IMG/VR virus record: IMGVR_UViG_2585427777_000015 | Reading direction: 5' to 3' (one strand) | Length of the DNA stretch: 11,069 nt | DNA from: a virus | Taxonomy: Duplodnaviria > Heunggongvirae > Uroviricota > Caudoviricetes | Part shown: in pieces, positions 1-8,760 of the stretch | Layout: every line of letters starts with the position of its first letter | Position numbering within the stretch: the stretch's first letter is position 1 | Made by a program: the position numbers and the translations under genes | Notes under the pieces: generated by a model | The model's database searches: none | Seen by the model: the letters and a program-made list of their open reading frames with translations, nothing else | What the model was told of the DNA's origin: nothing

Positions 1-285
1 TTCCGTCATGGCACCGAGAAAATCATTCAGCGTACCTGGTCTGGAGCCTTCATAGACGGTAATGGTCCCAACATGTGAAGGCGGAAAACCTTCAACCAGC
101 AGGGTGACGCTGTACTGACCATGCTCAACATCCATGCTGTAACGTCCGGCTTCATCCGGATTTTCAGAGGCCACCGTGTTCACCACCACCGTGCTGCTGG
201 TTCGTCTGGCCTTCAGCACAATGGTGCAGTTCTGTACTGGTTTTCCTGTGCCATCTTTAAGCACGCCAGAAATTTTTACTGTCAT
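1..285 (-). CDS. stf: Side tail fibre protein Stf, N-terminal 95 codons (partial, continues beyond window start)
   Basis: Minus-strand ATG at 285-283 preceded by GGTGGAAAAGT; translation MTVKISGVLKDGTGKPVQNCTIVLKARR...GFPPSHVGTITVYE matches my recollection of the conserved N-terminus of lambda Stf (orf401). Position after lom is the lambda gene order. Confidence 0.85.
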   Translation of the reverse strand, partial: MTVKISGVLKDGTGKPVQNCTIVLKARRTSSTVVVNTVASENPDEAGRYSMDVEHGQYSVTLLVEGFPPSHVGTITVYEGSRPGTLNDFLGAMTE

Positions 286-296
286 ACTTTTCCACC

Positions 297-332
297 AATA
301 AAAAAAGCCCGCAGCAGTGACGCCACGGGCTT
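297..332 (-). terminator. Putative intrinsic terminator between lom and stf
   Basis: Minus-strand hairpin (stem AAGCCCG/CGGGCTT, plus 305-332, 14-nt loop) followed by a T7 run (plus A-run 300-306). The loop is long, so only moderate. Confidence 0.45.
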
Positions 333-436
333 CAGGACAGTGTAACTTTACGTTTCCTCAAACGCAGTTCACCCCATAAGGTGGATGAACCTGCGTATCA
401 TAACAATATTTACAGAAGATAAATCGGCGTCTGTTG

Positions 437-1036
437 TCAGAAACGGTATCCGATACCAACAATAAATGCATCCGTTCGCCAGTCGCCACTACCGGAACCT
501 TCATAAGCAAGGTCAATGGTCACGGATTCGGTCGGATTAAACTGCACGCCAGCCCCCCACGCCAGAGACGTGTTGCTGTGGCGACCGTCATCACTTCCGG
601 TCAGCACATCGTGCGTTTTCCCCTTGTTGTCAGTTACGCGGAGATAATCCCCGGAGAAAGTCGACACACGGCTGTAAGCCACACCCACCATCGCATACGC
701 GCTGAACCATTCATTCACGCGTACAGACGGCCCCGCCATCACGCTGAACCAGCGGTTACGCACGGAATCTTCATGCCAGCGGGTATCGCTGTAGCGCGTT
801 TTTTGCTCATCCTCAGCATTGGCATAACTGAAGGACGTAATCAGCCCCAGCGCGTCCGTAAACTCATAACGGTATTTCACGTTAATCCCGTTCAGATCAT
901 CACTACCGGGAACGTTCGTCGAGGCATGGAGATACCCCGCGCTCAGCGTGGACTGATGTTCTGCTGCACTCGCTGGCGTAGCAGCGGCGACCTGCCAGAC
1001 TACTGCGGACAAAATAACAGCACATAATTTACGCAT
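437..1036 (-). CDS. lom: Lom outer-membrane protein (Ail/Lom/OmpX beta-barrel family)
   Basis: 199-aa ORF with signal peptide (MRKLCAVILSAVVWQVAAATPASA) and C-terminal motif DLAYEGSGSGDWRTDAFIVGIGYRF ending in aromatic F, matching lambda Lom as I recall it. SD GAGAGG upstream of ATG at 1036-1034. Located directly after J as in lambda. Confidence 0.9.
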   Translation of the reverse strand: MRKLCAVILSAVVWQVAAATPASAAEHQSTLSAGYLHASTNVPGSDDLNGINVKYRYEFTDALGLITSFSYANAEDEQKTRYSDTRWHEDSVRNRWFSVMAGPSVRVNEWFSAYAMVGVAYSRVSTFSGDYLRVTDNKGKTHDVLTGSDDGRHSNTSLAWGAGVQFNPTESVTIDLAYEGSGSGDWRTDAFIVGIGYRF

Positions 1037-1057
1037 AATTACCTCTCGCTTTTCTGC

Positions 1058-1084
1058 AATAAAAAAGGCGCCATTTCTGGCGCC
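1058..1084 (-). terminator. Intrinsic terminator between J and lom
   Basis: Perfect 6-bp GC stem GGCGCC/GGCGCC (plus 1067-1084, loop ATTTCT) followed on the minus strand by TTTTTTATT. Confidence 0.6.
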
Positions 1085-1103
1085 CGTATCTGGGTTATAA
1101 AAT

Positions 1104-4100
1104 TCAGCTAATCGTGATGCCTGCAGTGGCTTTCTTCATCACCACAACCAGCAAATCGCTGATACTTGCTGTGGGATACCAGTTATTTACCAGCCATGCT
1201 GACACCGAAAACTCCAGTGTCATGTGACCGTGACCGGCAGGCATATCAATAACACCACTGTAAATCAGCGTATTATCCAGCGCGGTACGGTTATAAATTT
1301 CAGCACCGTTTTTCCGCACTATCAGACGGCATGAGGAGTAAATATCAGTATGCTCTTTCTCATGTTTAGCGCCGCTGAATGCCACCGCCGGAATAACAAT
1401 CTGCCGGTCAAACGGCTGATCGTCATAAACCCTGACGGTAATGGTTCCTGATGGCCACCGCTCCGGTGCACGGGAGTCCCGAGGGAAAGCTTTGCCCACT
1501 GTTTTAACGAGATCGCCTTCAATCTGGTTCGCGGACAATTTTCCCAGAACCCGACAGTTCTCGTTAATCGTGACGTTGTTGAGCGTCCCGGAGTTCGCAT
1601 TCACGTTACCGCTGATATCGGCATTTTTCGCCGTCAGCCGCCCGTCCGGTGTCAGGGAAAATGCCGGAGGATTACCGCCGCTGGTAATGGTGGGAGCCGT
1701 CAGATATTTCAGGAACACTTCATTCATAAATATCTGATCGCCCTGACCAACAAACATCGGCTTTGTGTTGCCATTCGCAGGATTAATCATCGCAATCCTG
1801 TCTGCCGCCAGCAGCACCTGACTCTGCATTCCTGCTGGCGTATTCTCAATACCGGCACCGATACCCGCAATATAAAGGCGTCCGTCCTGCATCTGCTGCA
1901 GTTTCACGGCCCACATGCTGTTCAGGTTATTATTTGTATCAACCTGAACTTTCTGTATCTGCTGGATTGCCGCACTCTGATTTTCCAGTTTTTTATTGAC
2001 GGTCTGCGTGATTTCATTGCTGACATTCGTAATGGACGTCCTGATTTCAGCCAGGTCCGGCGCAAGCTGACCGTTATCAATCTGCGTCCACAGCTCCTGG
2101 GCCAGATGTGTTTTCCCGATTTCTCCTTTGAAAAAATCCAGGTAACCTTCCGCATCATCGCTCGCCCGACCGACAGCCTCCACGAATGCCGATTTGCCAA
2201 CAGTATTCACACTGCGGATATAAAAATAATAATCATGGCCCGGCTTGATATTGATACTGGCAGCTATCCAGTACAGCGCCGAGCCAAGATAGCGGGCTGC
2301 GGTTTCAACCTGCCTGATATCCGCAATCCGCTTTTCTGAGAACCAGAACTCAAACTGTACCGTCGGATCATAAACGGCAAGATACGGCGTGGCGGTTATC
2401 TGAAAATAGCCCGGCGTCAGCTCAATCCGCGACGGCGCTGCCGGTGCGGCAATCCGGAACGATACCGATGCCGGATCGCCCTGCTGCCCCCAGGCATTTG
2501 CCGCCCGGACTGTCAGCCTGTAGTTCCCTGGCGCCAGTTGCGTGAAGCGGTATGTGGTTTCCGTCGTCCTGGCCGTGCTGACCAGCCGCTCACTGCCATC
2601 ATCCGCTGCCACGGTCAGGCGAAGCAGGAAGCTCACGCCCTTCACCACCTTCGGCGTGTCCCAGCGGGCCAGTACCTGATACTCCCCGCTGTCTGCGGTG
2701 ACTTCGGCAGTCAGGTGCTGCACCGCTGGCGGCGTGACACCATTCACCGTGCCGCTCTGGTCGCCGTCAAAGTGCGCCCCGTTATCCACGATGGCTTCTT
2801 TTTCCGGTACATGCTGCACGGCGGTGATGGCATACGTGCCGTCATCGTTCTCACGGATACTCACGCAGCGGAACAGGCGCTGGCGCAGCGTCGGCAGCTT
2901 CAGCCCCCACACGCTGTATTCGGCAACGCCGTCAGGAACACGGCTCACTTTCACCTTCACGCCGTCGGTGACGGACTGGACCTCCACGCTGACCGGATTC
3001 CCCTGTCCGTCAACCAGGCTTATCAGCGTGGTGCCGGAGGATGGCAGCGTGATTTCACGGTCGAGCGTCAGCGTCCGGGTCTGGCTGTTTACCGCCAGCA
3101 CGCGCCCGCCGGTGCTGATACCGGCATAGTCATCATCACAGATTTCAATGACATCGCCCGGCACATGGCGAAGCCCTTCTGCGCCGACGCTGAAATCCAC
3201 GGTCTGCGTTTCCAGCAGTTCTGTTTTAATCAGCCACAGCCCGGCGCGGTGTGCCTGCCCCCGACTGGTACAGCCAAAGGCATCCATCTTCGTGACGTTA
3301 CGACCGTAACGGGCAATGGCCTGCGTGTCCTCCACAAGCTCTGTCGCCGTCTCCCAGCCGTTATCCGGGTCAATCCAGTTCACCTCAACGGCATTATGGC
3401 GGTCCTTCAGGGCGCTGAAGCTGTAGCGGAACGGCGCGCCATCATCCGGCATCACCACATTACTGCGGTTATAGGTCCACACCTTATCCGACGGTCGGTC
3501 CTGCACGAACGTCAGCGTCTGCCCGTTCCATACCGGCATACAGCGCATCGCCGAGCAGAAATCACTGAGCACATCCCACGCCTTGCGCTGTGTGGTCAGG
3601 TAAGCGTTACAGGTGATGCGCGGCTCCGTGCCACCAAAGCCATCCGGCACTGACTGGTCGCAGTACTGGCCGATGACATACAGCGCCCATTTATCCACAT
3701 CCGCCGCACCAAGACGTTTCCCCATGCCGTAGCGCGGGTGGGTCAGCATATCCCACAGACACCATGCCATGTTGTTGCTGTATGCTGGCTTAAACGTTCC
3801 GTCCCAGATACCGCTGTATTGCCGCGTCTGCGGGTTATAGTTCGACGGCACCTGCAGAATGCGCCCGCGAAGATGATAATTACGGCTCACCTGCTGGCTG
3901 CCGAACTGCTCCGAGTCCACCTGCACGCCGACCAGTGCCGTGTTCGGGTAGCACTGTTTCACATCGATGATTTCGGTGTATGACGACCAGAGCGTTTTGT
4001 TCTGCAGCTGGTCTGTGGTGCTGTCCGGCGTCATCCTGCGCATCCGGATATTAAACGGGCGCGGCGGCAGGTTACCCACCACCACCGAGGCCAGATACTG

Positions 4101-4583
4101 TGAGGTGGTTTTGCCTTTAATGGTGATGTCTTTTTCCGTCACCCAGCCACCGTTACGTTGTATCTGAACCAGCAGGCGGACTTCCGACGGATTCCGGTCC
4201 CCCTTTGAGGTGGTTTCCACCAGAGCCTGCACACCGAAGGTAAAGCGCAGACGGTCGATGTTTGCCGACGTGATGGTCCGGGTGATCGGCGTGTCATATT
4301 TCACTTCCGTACCCAGCACCGTCTCGGAACCGGAGGATTCAAATCCCTCCGGCGGTGTCTGCTCCTGCTCACCTGCCCGGAACACCACCGTGACACCGGA
4401 GATGTTGGTATTCCCCTCACTGTCCAGCACCGGTGTACTGTTCAGCAGCACGCTTTTTAATCCATCCACCGGACCTTCAATCGGCCCTTCGCTGATGGCA
4501 TCGATCACACTCAGTAATTGCGTGGATTTCAGGTTGTCCTTCGCTTCGCGCGGGGTATGCCCCTTACTGCTTCCTTTACCCAT
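1104..4583 (-). CDS. J: Tail tip fibre / host specificity protein J (central tail fibre, receptor-binding)
   Basis: 1159-aa ORF starting [54 protein letters not shown], the lambda gpJ N-terminus as I recall it; size (lambda J about 1132 aa) and position between I and lom agree. SD GGAG/GAGGA upstream of ATG at 4583. Confidence 0.95.
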   Translation of the reverse strand: MGKGSSKGHTPREAKDNLKSTQLLSVIDAISEGPIEGPVDGLKSVLLNSTPVLDSEGNTNISGVTVVFRAGEQEQTPPEGFESSGSETVLGTEVKYDTPITRTITSANIDRLRFTFGVQALVETTSKGDRNPSEVRLLVQIQRNGGWVTEKDITIKGKTTSQYLASVVVGNLPPRPFNIRMRRMTPDSTTDQLQNKTLWSSYTEIIDVKQCYPNTALVGVQVDSEQFGSQQVSRNYHLRGRILQVPSNYNPQTRQYSGIWDGTFKPAYSNNMAWCLWDMLTHPRYGMGKRLGAADVDKWALYVIGQYCDQSVPDGFGGTEPRITCNAYLTTQRKAWDVLSDFCSAMRCMPVWNGQTLTFVQDRPSDKVWTYNRSNVVMPDDGAPFRYSFSALKDRHNAVEVNWIDPDNGWETATELVEDTQAIARYGRNVTKMDAFGCTSRGQAHRAGLWLIKTELLETQTVDFSVGAEGLRHVPGDVIEICDDDYAGISTGGRVLAVNSQTRTLTLDREITLPSSGTTLISLVDGQGNPVSVEVQSVTDGVKVKVSRVPDGVAEYSVWGLKLPTLRQRLFRCVSIRENDDGTYAITAVQHVPEKEAIVDNGAHFDGDQSGTVNGVTPPAVQHLTAEVTADSGEYQVLARWDTPKVVKGVSFLLRLTVAADDGSERLVSTARTTETTYRFTQLAPGNYRLTVRAANAWGQQGDPASVSFRIAAPAAPSRIELTPGYFQITATPYLAVYDPTVQFEFWFSEKRIADIRQVETAARYLGSALYWIAASINIKPGHDYYFYIRSVNTVGKSAFVEAVGRASDDAEGYLDFFKGEIGKTHLAQELWTQIDNGQLAPDLAEIRTSITNVSNEITQTVNKKLENQSAAIQQIQKVQVDTNNNLNSMWAVKLQQMQDGRLYIAGIGAGIENTPAGMQSQVLLAADRIAMINPANGNTKPMFVGQGDQIFMNEVFLKYLTAPTITSGGNPPAFSLTPDGRLTAKNADISGNVNANSGTLNNVTINENCRVLGKLSANQIEGDLVKTVGKAFPRDSRAPERWPSGTITVRVYDDQPFDRQIVIPAVAFSGAKHEKEHTDIYSSCRLIVRKNGAEIYNRTALDNTLIYSGVIDMPAGHGHMTLEFSVSAWLVNNWYPTASISDLLVVVMKKATAGITIS

Positions 4584-4596
4584 TCCTCACACTCCA

Positions 4597-4625
4597 TAAA
4601 CAACAAAGCCGCCCAAAAGGCGGCT
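4597..4625 (-). terminator. Putative terminator downstream of the lipoprotein moron, immediately upstream of J
   Basis: Minus-strand hairpin AGCCGCC-TTTTG-GGCGGCT (plus 4607-4625) followed by TTGTTGTTTATGG (U-rich but interrupted). Confidence 0.45.
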
Positions 4626-4649
4626 CATGAGTTACAGCAGGATTAACTA

Positions 4650-4988
4650 TTATTTACATGCATTAACACTATCAGCAAAAATTTTTGGCGTTAATGCTGG
4701 TACACGTTCATAAAGAGTAAAACTACTGCCATTTCCTGCTTTTTTGATATCAAGCACAACATCATATCCCCCCATAGCCTGTGGAACTAAAAGGCTTACC
4801 CCATTCTCAATAGGAAGGGATGTTATAGGTGTTCCATTACCAGTCCATTGTCTGGATATGCAGCCTGACAATTCATCAATATTTTTTAATGAATTACCTT
4901 CCATTACAGGTTTTCCGGATTTTACGTAATCCAAAGATTTACATCCTGTTAAGGCAATAATCGTGCAGAATAAAATCGTTTTGTTCAT
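4650..4988 (-). CDS. Small predicted lipoprotein (about 112 aa), moron inserted between I and J; function unknown
   Basis: ORF with probable ATG start at 4988-4986 (the track's longer ORF starts at an upstream TTG). N-terminus MNKTILFCTIIALTGC is a lipoprotein signal peptide with lipobox LTGC. Region 4630-5060 is visibly AT-rich against GC-rich tail genes. Lambda has only about 60 nt between I and J. Confidence 0.6.
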   Translation of the reverse strand: MNKTILFCTIIALTGCKSLDYVKSGKPVMEGNSLKNIDELSGCISRQWTGNGTPITSLPIENGVSLLVPQAMGGYDVVLDIKKAGNGSSFTLYERVPALTPKIFADSVNACK

Positions 4989-5060
4989 ATAGCTAACCAA
5001 TAGAATAATTATCAGTGTTCGATATAAATATTAAATCAGTTAGAACATGAGTAAATAATA

Positions 5061-5702
5061 TTACCGCCCAATTACCACAACCTGACCACCATCCCCTTCA
5101 TCTGCCGTGCTGATCTCCTGAGATGCCACACGTGACCCCACGCGCATTTCACCGTACAGAACAGGCAGGACATTGCCCTGGGCAACCATGTTATCCAGTG
5201 AGGAGAAATAGGTGTTCTGTTTGCCGTTATCCGTTGTCTGTGTACGTGGAGTTTTGGGTTTAGGGGCCAGCATCTGTGCGACACCACCAAGCGTCATCGC
5301 TGCCCCCATAGAAAAGAGAATGTTACTGAAAGCGATACTGATTCCTGGCATCCAGATTGCCGTAGCAATCAGCGCCGCACCCAGCACTGCCTGAAAAACA
5401 CCACCACTTTTGGCACCCGCCAGACGCGGTACGATGTGGATCACGGCACCATTTGCCAGCGGCTCATTAAGACGGGATGATAATTCGGTTTCTCCTGCAT
5501 CCCGCCCGGCAATCCGTACCTGATACCAGCCATCGCTCAGTTTCTGACGAAACGCCGGGAGCTGTGTGGCCAGTGCGCGGATGGCTTCAGCCCCCGTTTT
5601 CACACGAAGGTCGATGCGGCGGCCAAATCGTTGCAAATCCCCGTAAAGGCAGATGCGTGCCATGCCCGGTGACGCCAGAGGGAGTGTGTGCGTCGCTGCC
5701 AT
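5061..5702 (-). CDS. I: Tail tip assembly protein I
   Basis: 213-aa ORF MAATHTLPLASPGMARICLYGDLQRFGRRIDLRVKTGAEAIRALATQLPAF... matching lambda gpI as recalled; its 5' end overlaps the 3' end of K by about 100 nt in another frame, as in lambda. Confidence 0.9.
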   Translation of the reverse strand: MAATHTLPLASPGMARICLYGDLQRFGRRIDLRVKTGAEAIRALATQLPAFRQKLSDGWYQVRIAGRDAGETELSSRLNEPLANGAVIHIVPRLAGAKSGGVFQAVLGAALIATAIWMPGISIAFSNILFSMGAAMTLGGVAQMLAPKPKTPRTQTTDNGKQNTYFSSLDNMVAQGNVLPVLYGEMRVGSRVASQEISTADEGDGGQVVVIGR

Positions 5703-6343
5703 TTGTCGGTGTACCTCTCTCGTTTGCTCAGTTGTTCAGGAATATGGTGCAGCAGCTCGCCGTCACCACAGTAAATGGCGGCATGATTCGGCACCGATGA
5801 ACCAAAACAGCACAGCAGCACATCGCCCGGCTGCGCCTCTGTCAGTGCGACACGGTAAAAACCAGTAGCCTCCATATTGTCAAGATAGAGATTCTGACCG
5901 TGACGCCACCAGTCATCCCCGCGATGAAAATTCGGCATCTCAATCCCCGCCAGATGATAAGCATCCCGGAACAGCGTGTAACAGTCCGTCACCCCGTGCT
6001 CAAAGCGCCGCCCGGTGAGATGCGGCACACAGCGGAACTTATGAATCGCCCCCCGGCAGACCAGCCACCACGGCAAATCACTCTGCACCTGCAGCCGCCG
6101 GTCAGCCTCACTCAGCCAGGGCAGACCACCGGGGTGGCTGTGGACCAGCGCCACAATCTCACCCTGCATTTCTGCCTGCAGCCAGTCCTCCGGAGCCATC
6201 CGGAAATAATCCTCCGGCTCACCGGAAATATTCACGCCGGGAAAATATCTTTCCCCCTCCGGCGCTCTCACCACGAAGCCGCACGACTCCGCTGGCGCAC
6301 ATCGCCGGGCGTGCGCCAGAATCGCTGATTCTGTCTCTGTCAT
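5600..6343 (-). CDS. K: Tail tip assembly protein K (JAMM/MPN + NlpC/P60 two-domain protein)
   Basis: Start taken at ATG 6343-6341 (MTETESAILAHARRCAPAESCGF...), 4 nt after the L stop; the track's longer ORF begins inside L. JAMM-like motif VHSHPGGLPWLSEAD and NlpC/P60-like Cys/His region (GVTDCYTLF ... NHAAIY) are visible. Confidence 0.9.
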   Translation of the reverse strand: MTETESAILAHARRCAPAESCGFVVRAPEGERYFPGVNISGEPEDYFRMAPEDWLQAEMQGEIVALVHSHPGGLPWLSEADRRLQVQSDLPWWLVCRGAIHKFRCVPHLTGRRFEHGVTDCYTLFRDAYHLAGIEMPNFHRGDDWWRHGQNLYLDNMEATGFYRVALTEAQPGDVLLCCFGSSVPNHAAIYCGDGELLHHIPEQLSKRERYTDKWQRRTHSLWRHRAWHASAFTGICNDLAAASTFV

Positions 6344-6347
6344 GGGA

Positions 6348-7046
6348 TTACTGCGAAAGTTTGTTAATGGAAAGGAAGCCGCCAAAGTTGCCGACGTTAT
6401 TGCGAAACTTACAGCCGCTCAGGCATTTGCTGCATTTATCCTTCGTGATATCGGACGTCGGCTGGTCATATTCATCCGCGACTGCCGGACCGTGATAACC
6501 GCACTCATCACCGCGATAGGTCCAGGTGCAGGTGTTGGCCAGCATGATACGCCCCGGAAAAACAGCGCCATCCGTTTCCGTCGGCGTGGACAGTACAAAG
6601 GAGGCACTCACCGCGCTCAGTTCGCTGCACTGCTCGATGCGCCAGCGGCTGATCACCTCCTGCTCCGGATCGGCGTCACTGTTTCCGTTGACGAAGTTCA
6701 CCGCATCCAGAAAACGGGCGTAAACCTTACGCCGAACCACCGTTCCGCCGACCAGACTCTGCAGATCTTCCGCCATCCCGGTGACCATACCGTACAGGTT
6801 AGAAACCGTCAGCGTGGGGCGCGTACTGGTGCCTTTGCCATTCAGTTCAAAACCACTCCCCTGAATGGGATACGGCTGATACTGTCGCCCCTGCCAGGTG
6901 ACCGGCTCACCTTTTTCGTTCTGCTCATTACAGAAAAAATAACGTTCTCCACCGACCTCTGTCAGGTCGATTTCCCAGAGCACCACGCTGGCCGACTGCT
7001 CCGCACGGGTGCATTCATTCAGTGTTTCCTGCCGGATATCCTGCAT
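6348..7046 (-). CDS. L: Tail tip protein L
   Basis: 232-aa ORF, same length as lambda gpL; C-terminal cysteine cluster (CTWTYRGDECGY ... CSKCLSGCKF) consistent with the Fe-S binding region of gpL. Start ATG overlaps the M stop by 1 nt, as in lambda. Confidence 0.9.
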   Translation of the reverse strand: MQDIRQETLNECTRAEQSASVVLWEIDLTEVGGERYFFCNEQNEKGEPVTWQGRQYQPYPIQGSGFELNGKGTSTRPTLTVSNLYGMVTGMAEDLQSLVGGTVVRRKVYARFLDAVNFVNGNSDADPEQEVISRWRIEQCSELSAVSASFVLSTPTETDGAVFPGRIMLANTCTWTYRGDECGYHGPAVADEYDQPTSDITKDKCSKCLSGCKFRNNVGNFGGFLSINKLSQ

Positions 7047-7378
7047 CAGTTCACCACCTGTTCAAACTCTGCGCTGAACTCAACACGCAGCATACTGACC
7101 CGCGACGACCATTTTGCGCAGGTCACCTTTATCTGCCGCCACTCATAAGGCGGCGTCCACAGAAAGGCTTTCCAGCCCCCGTGCTCTTCCAGAAACGACT
7201 CCAGTACCGTGGCCTCCTCACGGGGGACAGAAAGCGTCACGCTGTACGTTTTCAGGTTGGCATTCAGCCCGGCAGGCGCTCGCTGAGAATAGCCATCACC
7301 AAAGCGCACCTTTCTTACAGAAGGGGCCGAAGCCACATCCATACCGGGTTTCACTTTCCAGCGGAAGGTCTTCATCAT
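7046..7378 (-). CDS. M: Tail tip protein M
   Basis: 110-aa ORF MMKTFRWKVKPGMDV... matching lambda gpM size and position; ATG overlaps the H stop (ATGA). Confidence 0.9.
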   Translation of the reverse strand: MMKTFRWKVKPGMDVASAPSVRKVRFGDGYSQRAPAGLNANLKTYSVTLSVPREEATVLESFLEEHGGWKAFLWTPPYEWRQIKVTCAKWSSRVSMLRVEFSAEFEQVVN

Positions 7379-7620
7379 CCACCTCCGGAGAACAGACCAC
7401 CATCGCGCATCTGTGCCTGAATTTCATCACGGGCACCCTTGCGGGCCATGTCATACACTGCCTTCATCATCTGTGGACCTGGCAGACCATTCGTACCGTC
7501 GTTCTGAATCACCACGTGATTGTTCTGATTAAAATTAATGCCTTCAGCCCGCCGCATCTGCGCCGGACTTCCGGCACCGCCCACATAACCACCTTCCGCA
7601 TATATGCACCATATACCACT
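7375..7620 (-). pseudogene. H: 3'-terminal remnant (about 80 codons) of tape-measure gene H
   Basis: Frame open from an in-frame stop at 7621-7623 to the TGA at 7377-7375; translation ...GGAGSPAQMRRAEGINFNQNNHVVIQNDGTNGLPGPQMMKAVYDMARKGARDEIQAQMRDGGLFSGGG resembles the lambda gpH C-terminus and has the classic 4-nt overlap with M. A full H would be about 850 codons; the upstream sequence is an unrelated gene. Confidence 0.8.
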
Positions 7621-8507
7621 TCATATTGCGTACCGTGTTCTTGTTTCCACGCGTATGTCGTGTCGCCACAAATCCAGGGGACTGATGCCGGACTTCCACC
7701 GTGACACTGCGCCGCCAGCCCGGCAAGGTCAGCACGGAACTGCTGTACCATTGCAAGAAATGCTGCTGGCTGCTGGGCGTAACTGGCATTCGTCATATCG
7801 AATTCCCCCTGCATCCAGCATATCGCCAGCAAAACGTTTTTCGGGTTTTTCTGCAATGCTGCCTTCGTGCGGAAAAGCAGATCCTGATATAACGGCTTAC
7901 CCACTCCCCAGCGAGCCGAATCCTGACTGGCTCCCGTGGACTCGCTGAATGTCCCCTCCGTGCCCTGGGTGAATGCCGAACCACCACGACAGCATGGTAC
8001 CAGCAGGATCCCCGCATTATTAGGGATATACGGAAGCAGTTTTTTGGCAATATGTAAGCCCTGTCCGACACAGCCGTACTGCCCTTTGCTCAGGTCAGCC
8101 CGGGGATGGTTAATCGTACTCATATCCTGAACATCATGCAGACAATGGTCAGCAGGAATGATGTCGTTAAATACGCATACTTCACCACCGGGAGTCACTG
8201 TGTTACGACGGGCCAGTTGCTTAATGCGCGGATGGGGCGCATCGTATGAATCCGGAAGCGGAAGCCCTTCACCGTAAGCCATGGCATTGGATTGCCCGGC
8301 CAGTACGATGACGTAGTACCACTCCGGCTCAGTTGCACCACTGACGACCACATCACCTTCTGCTGCAATCGCCTGCATCAGGGTATAAGGGGTTATGGCC
8401 ACCGGACTACCAAACGGCTGCCAGCCCTCCTTCAGTTTTTGTGTCAGTCGTTTCGCAAGGTCTGACGGCGATGCCGCCCTGACCACGTCATAGTGTTTAA
8501 ATGCCAT
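7509..8507 (-). CDS. NanS-p-like sialate O-acetylesterase (DUF1737 N-domain + SGNH/SASA esterase), apparently 3'-truncated and fused out of frame to the H remnant
   Basis: Strong SD GGGAGGA before ATG 8507. N-terminus MAFKHYDVVRAASPSDLAKRLTQKLKEGW (DUF1737-like), then VIVLAGQSNAMAYGEGLPLPD...PHPRIKQLAR...ILLVPCCRGGSAFT...CWMQGEFD...WICGDTTYAWK, which tracks E. coli NanS/YjhS as I recall it. Similarity ends near YGAY (about 7602); the last ~30 codons read H-remnant DNA in the wrong frame. Confidence 0.8.
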   Translation of the reverse strand: MAFKHYDVVRAASPSDLAKRLTQKLKEGWQPFGSPVAITPYTLMQAIAAEGDVVVSGATEPEWYYVIVLAGQSNAMAYGEGLPLPDSYDAPHPRIKQLARRNTVTPGGEVCVFNDIIPADHCLHDVQDMSTINHPRADLSKGQYGCVGQGLHIAKKLLPYIPNNAGILLVPCCRGGSAFTQGTEGTFSESTGASQDSARWGVGKPLYQDLLFRTKAALQKNPKNVLLAICWMQGEFDMTNASYAQQPAAFLAMVQQFRADLAGLAAQCHGGSPASVPWICGDTTYAWKQEHGTQYEVVYGAYMRKVVMWAVPEVRRRCGGLKALILIRTITW

Positions 8508-8700
8508 GAATCCTCCCGGGCGGGATAATGTTGTGAGTCAGATAAGGAGCAGGCTGAAGTCCGGAAGTTACAGGACAATGGCAGAAGGGAGACTACAGCC
8601 CGCAATTCGAAAAAGACCGCGCAGTTGCGCAGAGTGATTACTATGGGGTATTATTCGCCAGCTGAAATATTACTTCACGTTTTATTGTTTATTCCTTGCC

Positions 8701-8729
8701 GCCCGCGTCTCCCAGCGCGGGCTTTTTTT
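8701..8729 (+). terminator. Plus-strand-oriented intrinsic terminator-like element
   Basis: Stem GCCCGCG/CGCGGGC (8701-8707 and 8716-8722, loop TCTCCCAG) followed by T7 (8723-8729) on the plus strand. No plus-strand gene is evident upstream. Confidence 0.4.
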
Positions 8730-8740
8730 GTCCATAAGAA

Positions 8741-8760
8741 AGCCCCTCCGGAGAGGGGCT
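8741..8760. repeat. Perfect 8-bp inverted repeat / hairpin
   Basis: AGCCCCTC-CGGA-GAGGGGCT, a perfect palindrome 12 nt downstream of the 8701-8729 element. Confidence 0.4.

Noticed and set aside
121-345. 74-aa plus-strand ORF at the window start
   Set aside because: Overlaps the minus-strand stf N-terminus and the terminator; composition looks like antisense noise.
434-1027. 197-aa plus-strand ORF exactly antisense to lom
   Set aside because: Mirror ORF of lom; lom has the signal peptide, conserved C-terminal motif and ribosome-binding site, while this frame has no recognisable features.
2538-3653. 371-aa plus-strand ORF (and 2698-3129, 2106-2339, 1441-1737 plus-strand ORFs) inside the J region
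   Set aside because: Antisense to the well-supported J gene; Arg/His/Ala-rich low-complexity translation typical of the opposite strand of a GC-rich gene; no ribosome-binding site.
6344-6385. N-terminal extension of K (MAASFPLTNFRSNP...) in the ORF track
   Set aside because: The extension lies inside the 3' end of L; the ATG at 6343 placed 4 nt after the L stop fits the lambda L-K arrangement.
5900-7704. Plus-strand ORFs 5900-6328, 6342-7148, 7022-7420 and 7114-7704
   Set aside because: All are antisense to the K, L, M and H-remnant genes and have biased Arg/Pro/His-rich translations.
7544-7789. 81-aa minus-strand ORF overlapping the esterase gene
   Set aside because: Alternative frame inside the NanS-p-like gene, which has the strong ribosome-binding site and family similarity.
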